Part shown: piece by piece, positions 12,540 to 23,278 of the stretch | How the letters are laid out: each line of letters begins with the position of its first letter | Position numbering within the stretch: the stretch's first letter is position 1 | DNA from: Squalus acanthias | Taxonomy: Eukaryota | Reading direction: 5' to 3' | Assembly: GCA_030390025.1 (NCBI GenBank) | Contig: CM059432.1 | Span: forward strand, 68,884,001 to 68,948,000 | Length of the DNA stretch: 64,000 bases | The notes under the pieces: model-generated | What the model saw: only the letters and a program-made list of their open reading frames with translations | Database searches by the model: none | What the model was told of the DNA's origin: nothing | Made by a program: the position numbers and the translations under genes

Positions 12540-13453
12540 GTAATTCTGTCACCACCTATCTGTGAGCTCCCTGTCTCTCCATCTCCGACTGAGAGGGACG
12601 CAGATATGCCACTATCTCCAGTGCCTCCTCCTCTGCATCTATAAGCTGGACTATTTGTGGCAGGCCACCGCCAGTCCTATCCCGCGCCCTTGCATTTTGC
12701 GCTCTGTTCTCGTACAAAGGGCGAAAAATCAGACCTGAGAGTGAGTGAAGGTCAAGTATTCACCCCATACATGCAGTGCATTCGGTGAGGGTGACTATGA
12801 GACAGATGCATTGCATAAGTATTAGGGTGAGTGGCAACAGTGGATGGATACACGGGGAGGTGATGAAGTGCATAGAAAGTGAAGGCTGGATGCTGCTGAA
12901 AGTTGAGTGGGTGTGAGGGGTGATGTGCTGGAGTATGCTTGGCAAGTCAGAGTGAAAGGGGGTGGGGGCTTAAAGTACAGATGTAGGTGAATCAGCAAAT
13001 GTACTCACTTTTCCTGAGCTGGTTAGGTTATTAAACCGCATGCTACATTGCATTCAAGACCTGGGCACAACATTCCTGCTGCTCACCTGCTCAGCTATCT
13101 CCAACCACACCTTCTTGGTGTGAGCCACAGGTTCATCCTCCCATTGCTGGGGGAAAATATTTGCTCCTGCTCCTGACTGCACCCAGCAGTAATACCAGTG
13201 ATAGATCATATAATCTGGGTGCTTTCCTTGCTCTATGTGTACCATCCATCATGAAGACCTCCAATTTTCATCTTTGCATTTCCCTTTAGCTGAGATCACG
13301 CCCACTGTGCAACTGGGAGACGCGAAACCCGGAAGTCAAAATTAATTGCTTCAATGCAGTTGCGATCGCAGATTCCGACTTGCTAAATTGACCTCTGGGT
13401 TTCACCCCCGCAATTCCAACCCCCCCCCCCCTGCTCAGATTAATATCGGGGCC
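12540..13453 (-). mobile_element. Harbinger remnant with Myb-like exons 1-2
   Basis: Minus strand KKVWLEIAEQVSSRNVVPRS..RFNNLTSSGK|gtgagt. Terminus rc GGCCCCGATATT. Homologous to 15320-16373. Confidence 0.7.
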
Positions 13454-14480
13454 TATGTGTCTTAAAGTTGTACTTGTTTTAAAATTGCAAAACCCATTTA
13501 TCTACAGTATACTAATTATTTTATGTCAAATTATCTAAGCTTTAAATATATCAGCCCTTAGTATCTTTATTCAGATTAGAGATCATTAATAAATTAGTTT
13601 CTTCAATAAATGTAATCACTCTTTACCCATACAAGATAGCTGATGCAAATAGCCTATGGCATTACATCATGCTCCATATGACATATGGTTTACATCTTCG
13701 ACAGGTCAAAGGACACAGAGTCAAACAATTTTGTCATATGATGCCTCTTAGTCATATCTTAGTCAGATGATAATCTTCTTTTTACTGTTATCTGGAGCCA
13801 CTCAGGTACAGTTTGGTAAAGTTACCAAGATAAGAATCCTTGCAACCCTATTTAAATACTTCAATGAGCAAACTCAGATAATGAAGAGTGCACCATCCAT
13901 GTTCCGTGGATTTAACAGAGTTTAAGTGGTTTCAAGGCAACACGAGGTCTATGGGCTAGGTCTGATTTGCCTTTCTATTTGACCACTGCTTCAAATAGAA
14001 GTGGCTCCGTAATATGCAGGAATTGCTGCTGTTGTAGAACTCCCCCATTTACATCACAGGCCAGATTCCATAGCAACTGCAGCAAAAGACAAGCAATTCT
14101 GAATACGCAGTTTTTGCAGTTATGAATTATGATTTTTCATTTCCGGTGACAGGCTTTTCCTACTAGCATTAGATGGCTGGTACAGGCCACCAAATGGCCT
14201 GTACAACTGGGCTGAAAATTTGAAATGGCAGCTGACATCAGGAGAATTTACATTTATCACCAGCAGAGCTGTTGTTCCAGAGGAGCATGGGAAACCATTT
14301 CTTGAGATGGCTGTTTGATCCTCTGGTGACAGCAGTGTTGTGCACACCACCTTTACAGTCTTGCTACCTAAGCTGGGGTTGCTGTTAAGGGTATGAATTA
14401 CAGTATAAAAGAGGTGTTATATTGCCTTTATTCAGTTGTATCAGCTCCTGGGTTCGCTATTAATCTGATTTAGAATCAGA

Positions 14481-14845
14481 GAGGTAGAAATTGGACAGCC
14501 CCCGAAACTGGCCGTCATTGTGATTCAGAACGGAGAGGTCAAATGTCCATCCTAACTCGGTCCTCGGGCCTCATCATCGGAGACTAACCAATTTTGGCTG
14601 CAGTTGAGACCCTGAACAGGTAGGTCCAGAAGGGGAGTTGGGGCAATCAGGAGGCGGGGGGGGGGGGGGCGGCGGCATGGAGGGGGGGGGGGTGGGTTGA
14701 GCATGGGCCGGCAACAGTTTGCAGTTGTTTTGTGGAGTCAGGAGGAGTACTCCTGCTCCTTCTGACTCCACAAAATACAAAATATCAAATGTCAAAGTAT
14801 TAGGGCCCTTTTTTGAGCAGCCTCCAGCGATCACATTAAGGACTA
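14481..14845. mobile_element. Probable Harbinger-type terminal fragment
   Basis: Begins GAGGTAGAAATTGG like the other termini. Shares a GGAGTCAG(G)AGGAG...CTCC(A)CA..AA block with 41669-42245. Confidence 0.4.
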
Positions 14846-14867
14846 TGAGGAAGATAGTAATAGTGAT

Positions 14868-15269
14868 AGTAATAGACTTCAAGAAGACATAGACAGGCTG
14901 GTGGAATGGGTAGTAACACGGCAGATGAAATTCAACGCAGAGACGTGCGAGGTGATACATTTTGGTAGGAAGAATGAGGAGAGACCATACACCCTAAATG
15001 GTACAATTTTAAAGGGGGTGCAAAAACAGAGGGACCTGGTGCACAAATCTTTGAAGGTGGCAGGTCAGGTTAACAAAGCAGTTAATAAAGCATATGGGAT
15101 CCTGAGCTTCATAAATAGAGGTATAGAGTACAAAAGCCAGGAAATTATGCTAAGCCTATATAAAACACTGGTTCGCCCCCAGCAGGAGTATTGTGTTCAA
15201 TTCTGGGCACCACACTTTAGGAAGGATGTGAAGGCTTTGGAGAGGCTGCAGAAGATATTTACTAGAATG
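14868..15269 (+). mobile_element. CR1 LINE reverse-transcriptase fragment
   Basis: QMKFNAETCEVIHFGRKNE...LYKTLVRPQQEYCVQFWAPHFRKDVKALERLQ, typical of the CR1 ORF2 C-terminus. Confidence 0.9.
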
Positions 15270-15319
15270 CTGACATCAAGTCACCATGAGTGACTGTTGT
15301 ATGCCATGTAGCTGTATGA

Positions 15320-16373
15320 TATTTAATTCTGTCACCAGGTAGCTGGGAGCTCCCCCCCTCTCCATCTCCCACCACCAGCTACTCCACAACATGGCTCAGT
15401 TCCATGGCCTCCTCCTCTGCTGAAGTCAGCGGTGTGGTTACAGGTGGGCCATCGCCGGTTCGCTGCCTCTCCTGGGCGTTCTGCGCTCTGTTCTCCTCCA
15501 AGGAGGGAAACAAGAGACCTTTAAGTGAGAGTGATGGAATGAGTGTAAGGGATGAATGGACAACATCTGTTGAAAGTGACTATGAGGAAGAAGCGTAACA
15601 TTGCATTAAGATGAGGGTGAGTGTCAGTGGTGGATGGTCAGATGGGGATGTGAGTAAGTGCATAGTCAGTGAGGGATGGGTGCACCTGCAAGGTAGGTTG
15701 GTGTGAGGAGTGATGTGCAGGAGTAGGATTGGGAAGGCAGCGTGAGGGGGTTTGGGGTGACACACACATTAGGATGAAGTGCAATGTGGCATTGTACTCA
15801 TCTTTCCTGACCTCATGAGGTCATTAAAATGTTTCCTACTCTGGATCCCTGTCCTTTGAACAACACTCCTGCTGCTCACTTCCTCTGCAATCTCCAGCCA
15901 TGCAGGTTTGGTCAGTGCCGTTGGCCTCTTCCTCCCATCAGCAGGGTACAAGATGTCCCTGCAGGCCCTCACTCCTTGGAGTAATATCCACAAGGAAGCA
16001 TCACTAAACCTGGGGGCTGCTTTCTGCCTTTTACTCTGCATAATTAAGGATTTAGTATTGTCAAAGTGTTATAGTGCAAACAATTCCTCTCTGTCACAAC
16101 CTGACTTCCACCTCCACCAGCCTTCAAGTGACCTCGGTCCATTGCTCCTTTAAATATCTCAGGTGAAGTCAAGTCATCCGTGATGTCATTGGACCCGCTC
16201 CAGTTAATTGGTCAGGGAAAGCCGGATGTCTGATTCAATTGCAGTGGCTTCGTTAAAAAGCCACTGCAAAACGCGCCTCTCTAACTTCCGGGTTCCCGAC
16301 ACGATCCACAGCAGCCCCCCCCCCCCCCAACCCCCGCCGCTTCCATCGCGACTCCAAGGTAAAAATTCAGCCC
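15320..16373 (-). mobile_element. Harbinger remnant with Myb-like exons 1-2
   Basis: ORF 15769-16041 reads MQSKRQKAAPRFSDASL..WLEIAEEVSSRSVVQRTGIQSRKHFNDL. Terminus rc GGGCTGAATTTT. Confidence 0.8.
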
Positions 16374-16809
16374 TATGATTCTATAATTGCTGATTAGGCT
16401 GCTCAAGACCCTGAAATACTAGTCGAAGTTTGCACAACTAGTCAACCAAATTTAGGAATCCAAATTGGAAATGGGCACAGGAGCTTCGTTTCAATATTGA
16501 AATGAGGCCTGTGCTCATTTCAGACTTTCACCAGGGGCACCTAAAAGAAGGCCCCAACCACTTTAGCAGTAGCCCAAACAAACGCCCGTGCAATTCTGGT
16601 GCAAAATGGACGTAACAATGTTGAATTTATGCCCCATAGAAATTGCAACACAGAAAAAGCCATTTGCCCCATTGACTGTACTGGTACTAGCTTTTCAACT
16701 GGAGCTGACTGATAGATATTTGAAGCAGAGAAGGTACAAGGCTATGGGGAGAGCAGGGAAGTAAGATTAATTTTGCATTGCTCTAGCAAAGAGCTGGCTC
16801 AGACACAAT

Positions 16810-17275
16810 GGCCTGGAAATTCATTGGTGCCTGATTTTGGCCACAAACCGAGCTGTGATGACAACCAGCACGCCTAACCAGAAGGGCGAGAGGACCATAC
16901 AATATTGGTCCTCTTGCATCATCAGGAGGTAACCAGTGTACTGCGGGCACTAGTCGCTTTACAAGAAAATTGTCTCCTCCTGGCTCTACAATCAGGTAGG
17001 TTTTAAAAGCTTACCTTTGTGTTTCTTCTGCGGCCTCTAGTGCTCCCTTTAAGGGCCGTTGGTTGGGCCACTTTAGAAACAAAATTCCTGCCGGACCTTG
17101 CGCAGTGCAATCTCAAATGTGTTTTTGCCCAATATGGCAGAAGGGTCCTTCAAAAGGCGAAGGACCCTTCTGCCATTTTTTAATTGTGATGCGGAGATGC
17201 CGGTGTTGGACTGGGGTGGACAAAAGTGAGAAGTCGCACAACACCACTTGTGGTAAAACATTTTGGGATTAAGTT
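16810..17275. mobile_element. Probable Harbinger-type non-autonomous fragment
   Basis: Begins GGCCTGGAAATT with a GC-rich interior. Right end not identified. Confidence 0.4.
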
Positions 17276-18271
17276 ACCGTGGGGGTTCTCCCAATCGTCT
17301 GCCATAACTTCAGAGCCAGGAGCTGAAGAACAGCATAACAGCCTTATAAATACAAGTTGTTGTTGTTATACTATTAAGCTCTGGAAGAATGGCACGCAAG
17401 GTGAGACCAAGCACCAGTTTTTCTTTTCGTGTACCAACATACTTGTGCTGCATAGGGACCCAGGGAAGGGTTTGATTTCAACACCATTGGAGGTGTGCTG
17501 TTTGCCACCTTTACCATTATATTGTGCCATGAAAGGTGGGAATCTGACACCTATGGCATGCTATCAATGTAATAGTGACTTAATATAATGGGATAAAAAA
17601 AGCACTGCAGAACTCAGGAGCTATTGATTACTACAAAACAGGTTACACTTCCCAGTTCTCCATTCTAGTTATCTACAGTTAGTCGAATTTCTCGTGTCAG
17701 AGCCCAAACAATGGTGCCACAGTGTAACATCTCCACACAACCCATCTCCGCGGAAGTTGCTGTTAAGTCTCCATTGCTGCATCTATTTAGAACACAGCAG
17801 GCTATTTTCTTATCACCTCAGTCTGTGAACTACAAAGTATTATTTCTCAGCTATTCTAAGGGATTTCAACACCTGCTTGAGAGTTCACATGTACTTGAAT
17901 GGTTTGTTTTTTAACATTAAGCTGGTGAAGGGAGCTTCCCAGCTATAATCTAACTTTAAGACCAACAGTTATGGTGACAAGGCCAAATTTGGGACGAAAC
18001 TCAGACCATCAGCTTCTTGCGTGCAAAAACGGGCCTAAACTACTTACTCCCCCCAAAATCAGAAACAGTCATTATTTTAGCATTCTTCTTATTCACAAGT
18101 TTGTAATCAAACTGTGGACTAAAGGTAACGCACATAAGAAAGACTTAAATGGATTTCAGATGAAAAACGTTGCTGTGGGTTGTTGTTTTAATTAAGTTTT
18201 TGATGGCTAGATTTGCAAATCTGATTCTTCTAAAGATACAATACACAGGAAATTTATAACATTAACATTAA

Positions 18272-19170
18272 GGCTGATGACACCCAGCTCTACCTCACCA
18301 ACAGCTCTCTCGACCCTTCCACTATCTCTAAATTGTTTGACTGCTTGTCCGACATGAGCAGAAATTTCCTCCAACTAAATATTGGAAAGACTGAAGCCAT
18401 TTTCTTCGGTCCCTGCCACAAACTCCATTACCTAGCCACCGACTCCATCACTCTCCCTGACAACTGTCTGAGGCTGAACCAGACTGTTCGCATCCTTGGT
18501 GTCAGACTTGACCTGAGATGAGCTTCTGACCACACATCAGTAAGACTGCCTACTTCCACCTCCGGAACATCGCCCAACTCTGCCCCTGCCTCAGCTCAAC
18601 TGCTGCTAAAACCTTCATCCATGCCTTTGTAACCTCTAGACTTGACTATTCCAAAGCACTCCTAGCTTGCATCTATCTTCCATCCTCCATAAGCTTGAGG
18701 CCATCCAAAACTCTGCTGCCCGTATCCTGACTCGCACCAAGTCCCGTTCACCCATCACGCCTGTGCCTGCTGACCTACATTGGCTCCCGGTTGAGCAATG
18801 GTTCGATTTTAAAATTCTTATCCTTCTTTTCAAATGCCTCCATGGCCTCACCCCTCCCTATCTCTGTAGTCTCCTCCAGCCCTGCAACCCTCTGAGATAT
18901 CTGTGCTCCTCCAATTCTGGATCTTGCACATCCCTGATTTTAATCGCTCCACCGGCCTTCAGCTGCCAAGGGCCAAAGCTCTGGAACTCCCTCCCTAAAC
19001 CTTTCCCCCTCTCTACCTCTCTTTCCTCCTTTAAGACACTCCTTAAAACCTGCCTCGTCTGCCCTAATATCTCCTTATGTGGCTCGGTGTCAAATTCTGT
19101 TTGATAACGCTGCTTGGGATGTTTTAATACGTTCAAGGTGCTATACAAATACAAGTTGTTGTTGTTGTTA
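18272..19170 (+). mobile_element. L2 LINE 3' fragment
   Basis: ADDTQLY, FLQLNIGKTE, IQNSAARILTRTK..PITPV.ADLHWLPV motifs and a (GTT)n tail. Confidence 0.9.
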
Positions 19171-19797
19171 TTAACAATTATACCTGGATAAGTAACCAAC
19201 ATATGTAAATGGTAGAACCGTTAATTAATTTTTATCAAGGTTATATTATGCACAATGACGTGTGTTACTTATGCTATCATATCATGTATTTATAAACAAA
19301 AGTAGGTTTCCTCAGACACAGGTAATTTTGGACTTTCTGAAATAGTGTGAAACGCGTGATAGCAAATCGGCTGCCCATTTTACACCCTTCCGATTTTAAT
19401 TTCCGAATAGCAGTTAATGAAAACAATAATTGCTGTAATAATTAGGGTTAATCCTATTTGAATAAGCATGATTACATTTGTCTCTTTGGGGTAAAAATTC
19501 ACTTGGTTGCGCCTCCCGTTAGCGCCTTAAGAGGGCGCTAATGGGGCGTTAAGCCGCTAACGCCCGGGCGCAGCGCTGTTTGCGCCGCTCGAGAACTTAA
19601 CTTGAGATTGTGCGGCGGCGCTAAAACTTACCGCTGCGACCACCTGCGCGCGCAGATTGTGACGTCATTCCATGGTGCAACGCCCTTGGGGCGCCCCGGA
19701 GCGGAAATTGAGTGGCGCCCCCTGCCTTACCGCCTGGCGCTTCCAACGACCGGAAGACTGGAACGTTATCAATCGGTGTGGGGCTGGGGGGGGGCGC

Positions 19798-19806
19798 TAT
19801 TTAAAG
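19798..19806 (+). promoter_or_regulatory. Candidate TATA-like box for the transposase gene
   Basis: TATTTAAAG about 200 bp upstream of the ATG, at the inner edge of the GC-rich subterminus. Similar (C/T)TTAAAG motifs precede the Myb genes of several copies. Confidence 0.35.
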
Positions 19807-20000
19807 GGGGCCTCTTCCTGTCTTTTTCTGTGGTCGACATTTATGCACCACTCGTTCTGAGAGAGAGAGAGAGATTCGGAGAGAGAGAGAGGGAGACTTC
19901 TACATTGACTCAACGCTTTGTGAGGTAGTTTTGCCTAGTTCATCCTAACTTTGTTGCTACTTTAGTTGCTGTACCTCATTACTTTTCTGGCAAAGAGAAT

Positions 20001-21161
20001 ATGGGGGCTGCAATGATTGGGGGCGTCGTCCTGCTCCAGCTGAATCGGAGGATAGTGAGACGCAGACAGAGAGTGGCAATGATGGCCAGACGGAGGAGGG
20101 CCATCAGGCGCATGTACAGGAGAGCTTACCCTCCCAGGGTATATCGTGAACAGCTCTCCTACATCCATATGTCCGAGGAGCTGTGTTTGCGAAGGCTGCG
20201 ATTCAGCAAGGAGGTGGTCACTGAGCTCTACCACCTGCTGCAGCCAGATCTGCAGCCTCAGCTGAGGTCCAGGACGTCTCTGTCGGTGGCAGTGAAGGTC
20301 ACAGTGGCTTTGAACTTCTACGCCACTGGCTCATTCCAAGCTGCTGTTGGGGACCTCGCCAATATCTCCCAGTTTGCGGTGCATTGCTGCATCCGGCAGG
20401 TCACCAATGCCCTCTTCAGAAGGAGACGAGACTTCATCTCTTTCCCTATGACCCCAGACAAGCAGCATGACTGTGCTATGGGCTTTGCGAGGGTAGCGGG
20501 CTTCCCCATGGTGCAGGGCGCCATTGACTGCACGCATGTGGCTTTGCGTGCTCCGCGAGAGAATGCAGAGGAATTCAGGAACAGAAAGGGGTTCCATTCC
20601 TTGAATGTGCAGTTGGTCTGTGACCACAGACAGGTGATACTCGCTGTCAATGCCCACTATCCGGGCAGCTGCCACGATGCTTTCATCCTGCGCCAGACTA
20701 CTGTGGCAGAACTTTTCGAGGCACCGCATCAGCCAGTTGGTTGGCTTCTGGGGGACAAGGGGTACGCATTGAGCACCTGGCTGATGACACCGCTCCGTAC
20801 GCCAAACACCCCTGCTGAGCTGCGGTACAATGAAAGCCATCAAGCAACCAGGAACATTATTGAGCGCACAATCGGCGTGCTGAAACAACGGTTCCACTGT
20901 CTGGACCATTCCGGAGGAGCCCTGCAGTACTCGCCTGAGCAAGTTTCGAACTTCGTAGTCGTGTGCTGCATGTTGCACAACATGGCAATCCTCAGGACCC
21001 AGCCAATGCCACCAGGCCTTGTAGCACCACCAGAGGAGGAGGAGGAAGAGGAGGAACAGGACGAGGACGATGATCATCAGCAGCACCAAGGCGGGAGGGC
21101 GGCCCACAATGGTCAAACTGCAAGGGCCGTCCGTCAACGACTAATAGCAAGCCGCTTCTAG
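20001..21161 (+). CDS. PIF/Harbinger DDE transposase (HARBI1-like family), 386 aa, intact ORF
   Basis: RLRFSKE and ALNFYATGSFQ..GDL..ISQ HTH region. Catalytic motifs GAIDCTHV, NRKGFHSLNVQLVCD, PGSCHD, LLGDKGY and RNIIERTIGVLKQRF. No stops or frameshifts. Confidence 0.95.
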   Translation: MGAAMIGGVVLLQLNRRIVRRRQRVAMMARRRRAIRRMYRRAYPPRVYREQLSYIHMSEELCLRRLRFSKEVVTELYHLLQPDLQPQLRSRTSLSVAVKVTVALNFYATGSFQAAVGDLANISQFAVHCCIRQVTNALFRRRRDFISFPMTPDKQHDCAMGFARVAGFPMVQGAIDCTHVALRAPRENAEEFRNRKGFHSLNVQLVCDHRQVILAVNAHYPGSCHDAFILRQTTVAELFEAPHQPVGWLLGDKGYALSTWLMTPLRTPNTPAELRYNESHQATRNIIERTIGVLKQRFHCLDHSGGALQYSPEQVSNFVVVCCMLHNMAILRTQPMPPGLVAPPEEEEEEEEQDEDDDHQQHQGGRAAHNGQTARAVRQRLIASRF

Positions 21162-21455
21162 GGCCCCTGCCATTGCTACAAACACGAATCAACCCAGCAC
21201 GCAACCCCTAAGCCGGCCAAGGCACCAATAATTCCAACCACCAGCCATGTATATTTTGAATACAGAAACTTATTTATTTTACAAACTCTGTGTGTGTCAA
21301 TTCCTCATGACAAACTCATAGAAATAAACACAAAAAAACAGTCAATAACATAACTGGTTCTCACAACCTGGAGATAATGTCCAAAACACTAAACAAAAGT
21401 TGGACCATGAACCTCGGCCTTTAATAAAAAAATGACCAGCATTTTGGCACACCTC

Positions 21456-22435
21456 CTACTTTTTGCCCTTCGAGGGTGATCTCCTTCCCTTGCGCACTTC
21501 CCCCCTTCTAACCCTACTGCTCCTCCATAATGGGACCTCAGTGGCTGCAGCAAGGCTGGTGGAAGGCTGCTGCTCGTCAGACCCTGACACTGCAGATGCC
21601 CCTGAAGGACGGCCTCGACCACTTCTGGGCCTGGAGGGCCCGGCTGCAGACTGCACCAACTCTGCATGGGCGGCAGCAGTCTGTCCTACAGGCGGTGGCA
21701 AGTGCAGTGGAGAAGTGACAGTGTTGGCAGCAGGAATGCTGTCATCGTGAGAGAGGACAGCAACTCCCTGCTCGCCCGACACACTGGCACTCCCACGGGG
21801 CAGCACTTCAGCATCCGGAGCAATTTACCGGAGAACAGATTGCTGGCCTGCTGCGGCGCGGTGACAGCCCCGGGGACATGTGCACGAACCATCGAGGATG
21901 GCAGCAGTCAGTGCTCGCGTGGCCTCAATCTGAGTCTGCATGAGAGCAGTCTCAGATGGGTTCCTGGCAGCCAGTGACTGAATTGCAGCACTAAGCTTTA
22001 GTGTGGCATCCGCCTGTGCTACAGCGAAGTGCTCCACACTCCTTGCCAGTGACTCAATGCATTCGGGCACCCTTCCCACTGCACCCATGAGCTCAGTGTG
22101 CATGCCCACCGCCTGGCTGTTCATTTCTGCAATCAGCCGCTCCTCCTCTGCGTCCATTGCAGTAGGAGTAACTGGCATACTCTCCCTCTGGGGAGAAGGC
22201 TCCCGTTCTTCCCTCCACCCCCCATGGCGTTGCTGCAGCCCGCTGGGTCCTGGAGCTTCACCATCATCAGCCCCTTCCCCCCTGCTCCCCTCCGGGGAAG
22301 GCGTGTTCCCAGTGTGGGCATGGGCTTCCTCGGGAGAGGGTGGCACTGATGCTCCGGCTTCCTCTTCCTCCTCAGCTGCAGCATCACTCCCAGTGGCAGC
22401 TTCAGGGCCCGTCTCCTCAGCTGGTGAATCACCAT
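21456..22435 (-). pseudogene. Myb/SANT-like protein, exon 3, with one in-frame TAA at 21825-21827
   Basis: Acceptor CTTTCAG. ORFs 21825-22346 and 21456-21806 are in the same frame, joined as SVLR*IAPDAEVLP, where the paralog reads SVLQQITRNAEAPP. Confidence 0.85.
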
Positions 22436-22594
22436 CTGAAAGCAGGGAGGTACAAGAGTGGCTTTAGCGTGAGGACAGGGTGGCAGTAAGGGAGGAATAA
22501 GTGCAGCGAGTTAGCAAGTTGGATTGAAAGTGTCAAAGGCTGGTATTGTGAGGGACAAGTGGAAGGACAGAGGACAAAAAGGTGATGACCTTAC

Positions 22595-22757
22595 CATTGC
22601 TGTCCACAACGGGGTCGGCGTCCCCAGTGGCGACGGGACCGATCACCCGGCTTGCCACAATCCTGTGGACGCGCTCCTCCAGATCGCTGAGGGGTTGCAG
22701 CTGAAGCCGCCCTCCACCCGTCCGTTGCTGCTGTCTCCGATTATGAGCCAGCTTAGC
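22595..22757 (-). CDS. Myb/SANT-like protein, exon 2 (163 nt)
   Basis: Acceptor TTCTTGCAG, AKLAHNRRQQQRTGGG..LSDLEERV, donor GTAAG (phase 1). Same length as exon 2 of the copy at 10497-10659. Confidence 0.85.
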
Positions 22758-22785
22758 CTGCAAGAAAAAGGACAGCATCTGAGTA

Positions 22786-22893
22786 AATATACAGCCATGG
22801 TCTTGCCTGATGTGCCTCCCATAGGTGAATAGCCCTTACAATATGCAGCCATGGTCTTGCCTGATGTGCCTCCCATAGGTGAATAGCCCTTAC
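22786..22893. repeat. 54-bp tandem duplication in Myb intron 1
   Basis: Two near-identical units containing CAGCCATGGTCTTGCCTGATGTGCCTCCCATAGGTGAATAGCCCTTAC. Confidence 0.9.
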
Positions 22894-23041
22894 TGTATGC
22901 AAAGTGTGGAATGTGTGTGTGTGTTTGATGAAAGGGCCATAGGTGTTGCATGAGTGTTGTGCATTGGGGTTTTAAGACCCTCTGGCCATAGAGTGAGGTT
23001 GAGATGGAGGGATGGAGAGGTATTGAGAAAAAGCCACTCAC

Positions 23042-23278
23042 CCTGACGACCCGAGTGAGGTCGTTGAACTTTTTGCGGCACTGAACATGGGTCCTGGGCA
23101 CCATGCTCCTGGAGGAGACGCTCTGAGCCACCTCCCTCCACACTCTTCTGAACTCGCGTGGCAAAGGCCTCCTGCCACTCTCCGGGAACAGCATGCATCG
23201 TCTGCGCTCCACTGCGTCAACCAGAGCATCCAAGGCCCGCTCGGTGAAGCGATGAGCGCGTTCTCTCACCCTCTCCAT
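23042..23278 (-). CDS. Myb/SANT-like DNA-binding protein, exon 1 (79 codons)
   Basis: MERVRERAHRFTERALDALVDAVERRRCMLF...VWREVAQSVSSRSMVPRTHVQCRKKFNDLTRVVR, followed by the donor GTGAGT (phase 0). Confidence 0.9.

Noticed and set aside
20331..21137. 268-aa antisense ORF
   Set aside because: Shadow of the GC-rich transposase ORF, with no recognisable motifs.
20001..21161. Calling the ORF the domesticated host gene HARBI1
   Set aside because: It lies between TIRs with a TSD, beside a Myb partner, and has decayed paralogs in the window. It is a transposon gene, so no symbol was assigned.
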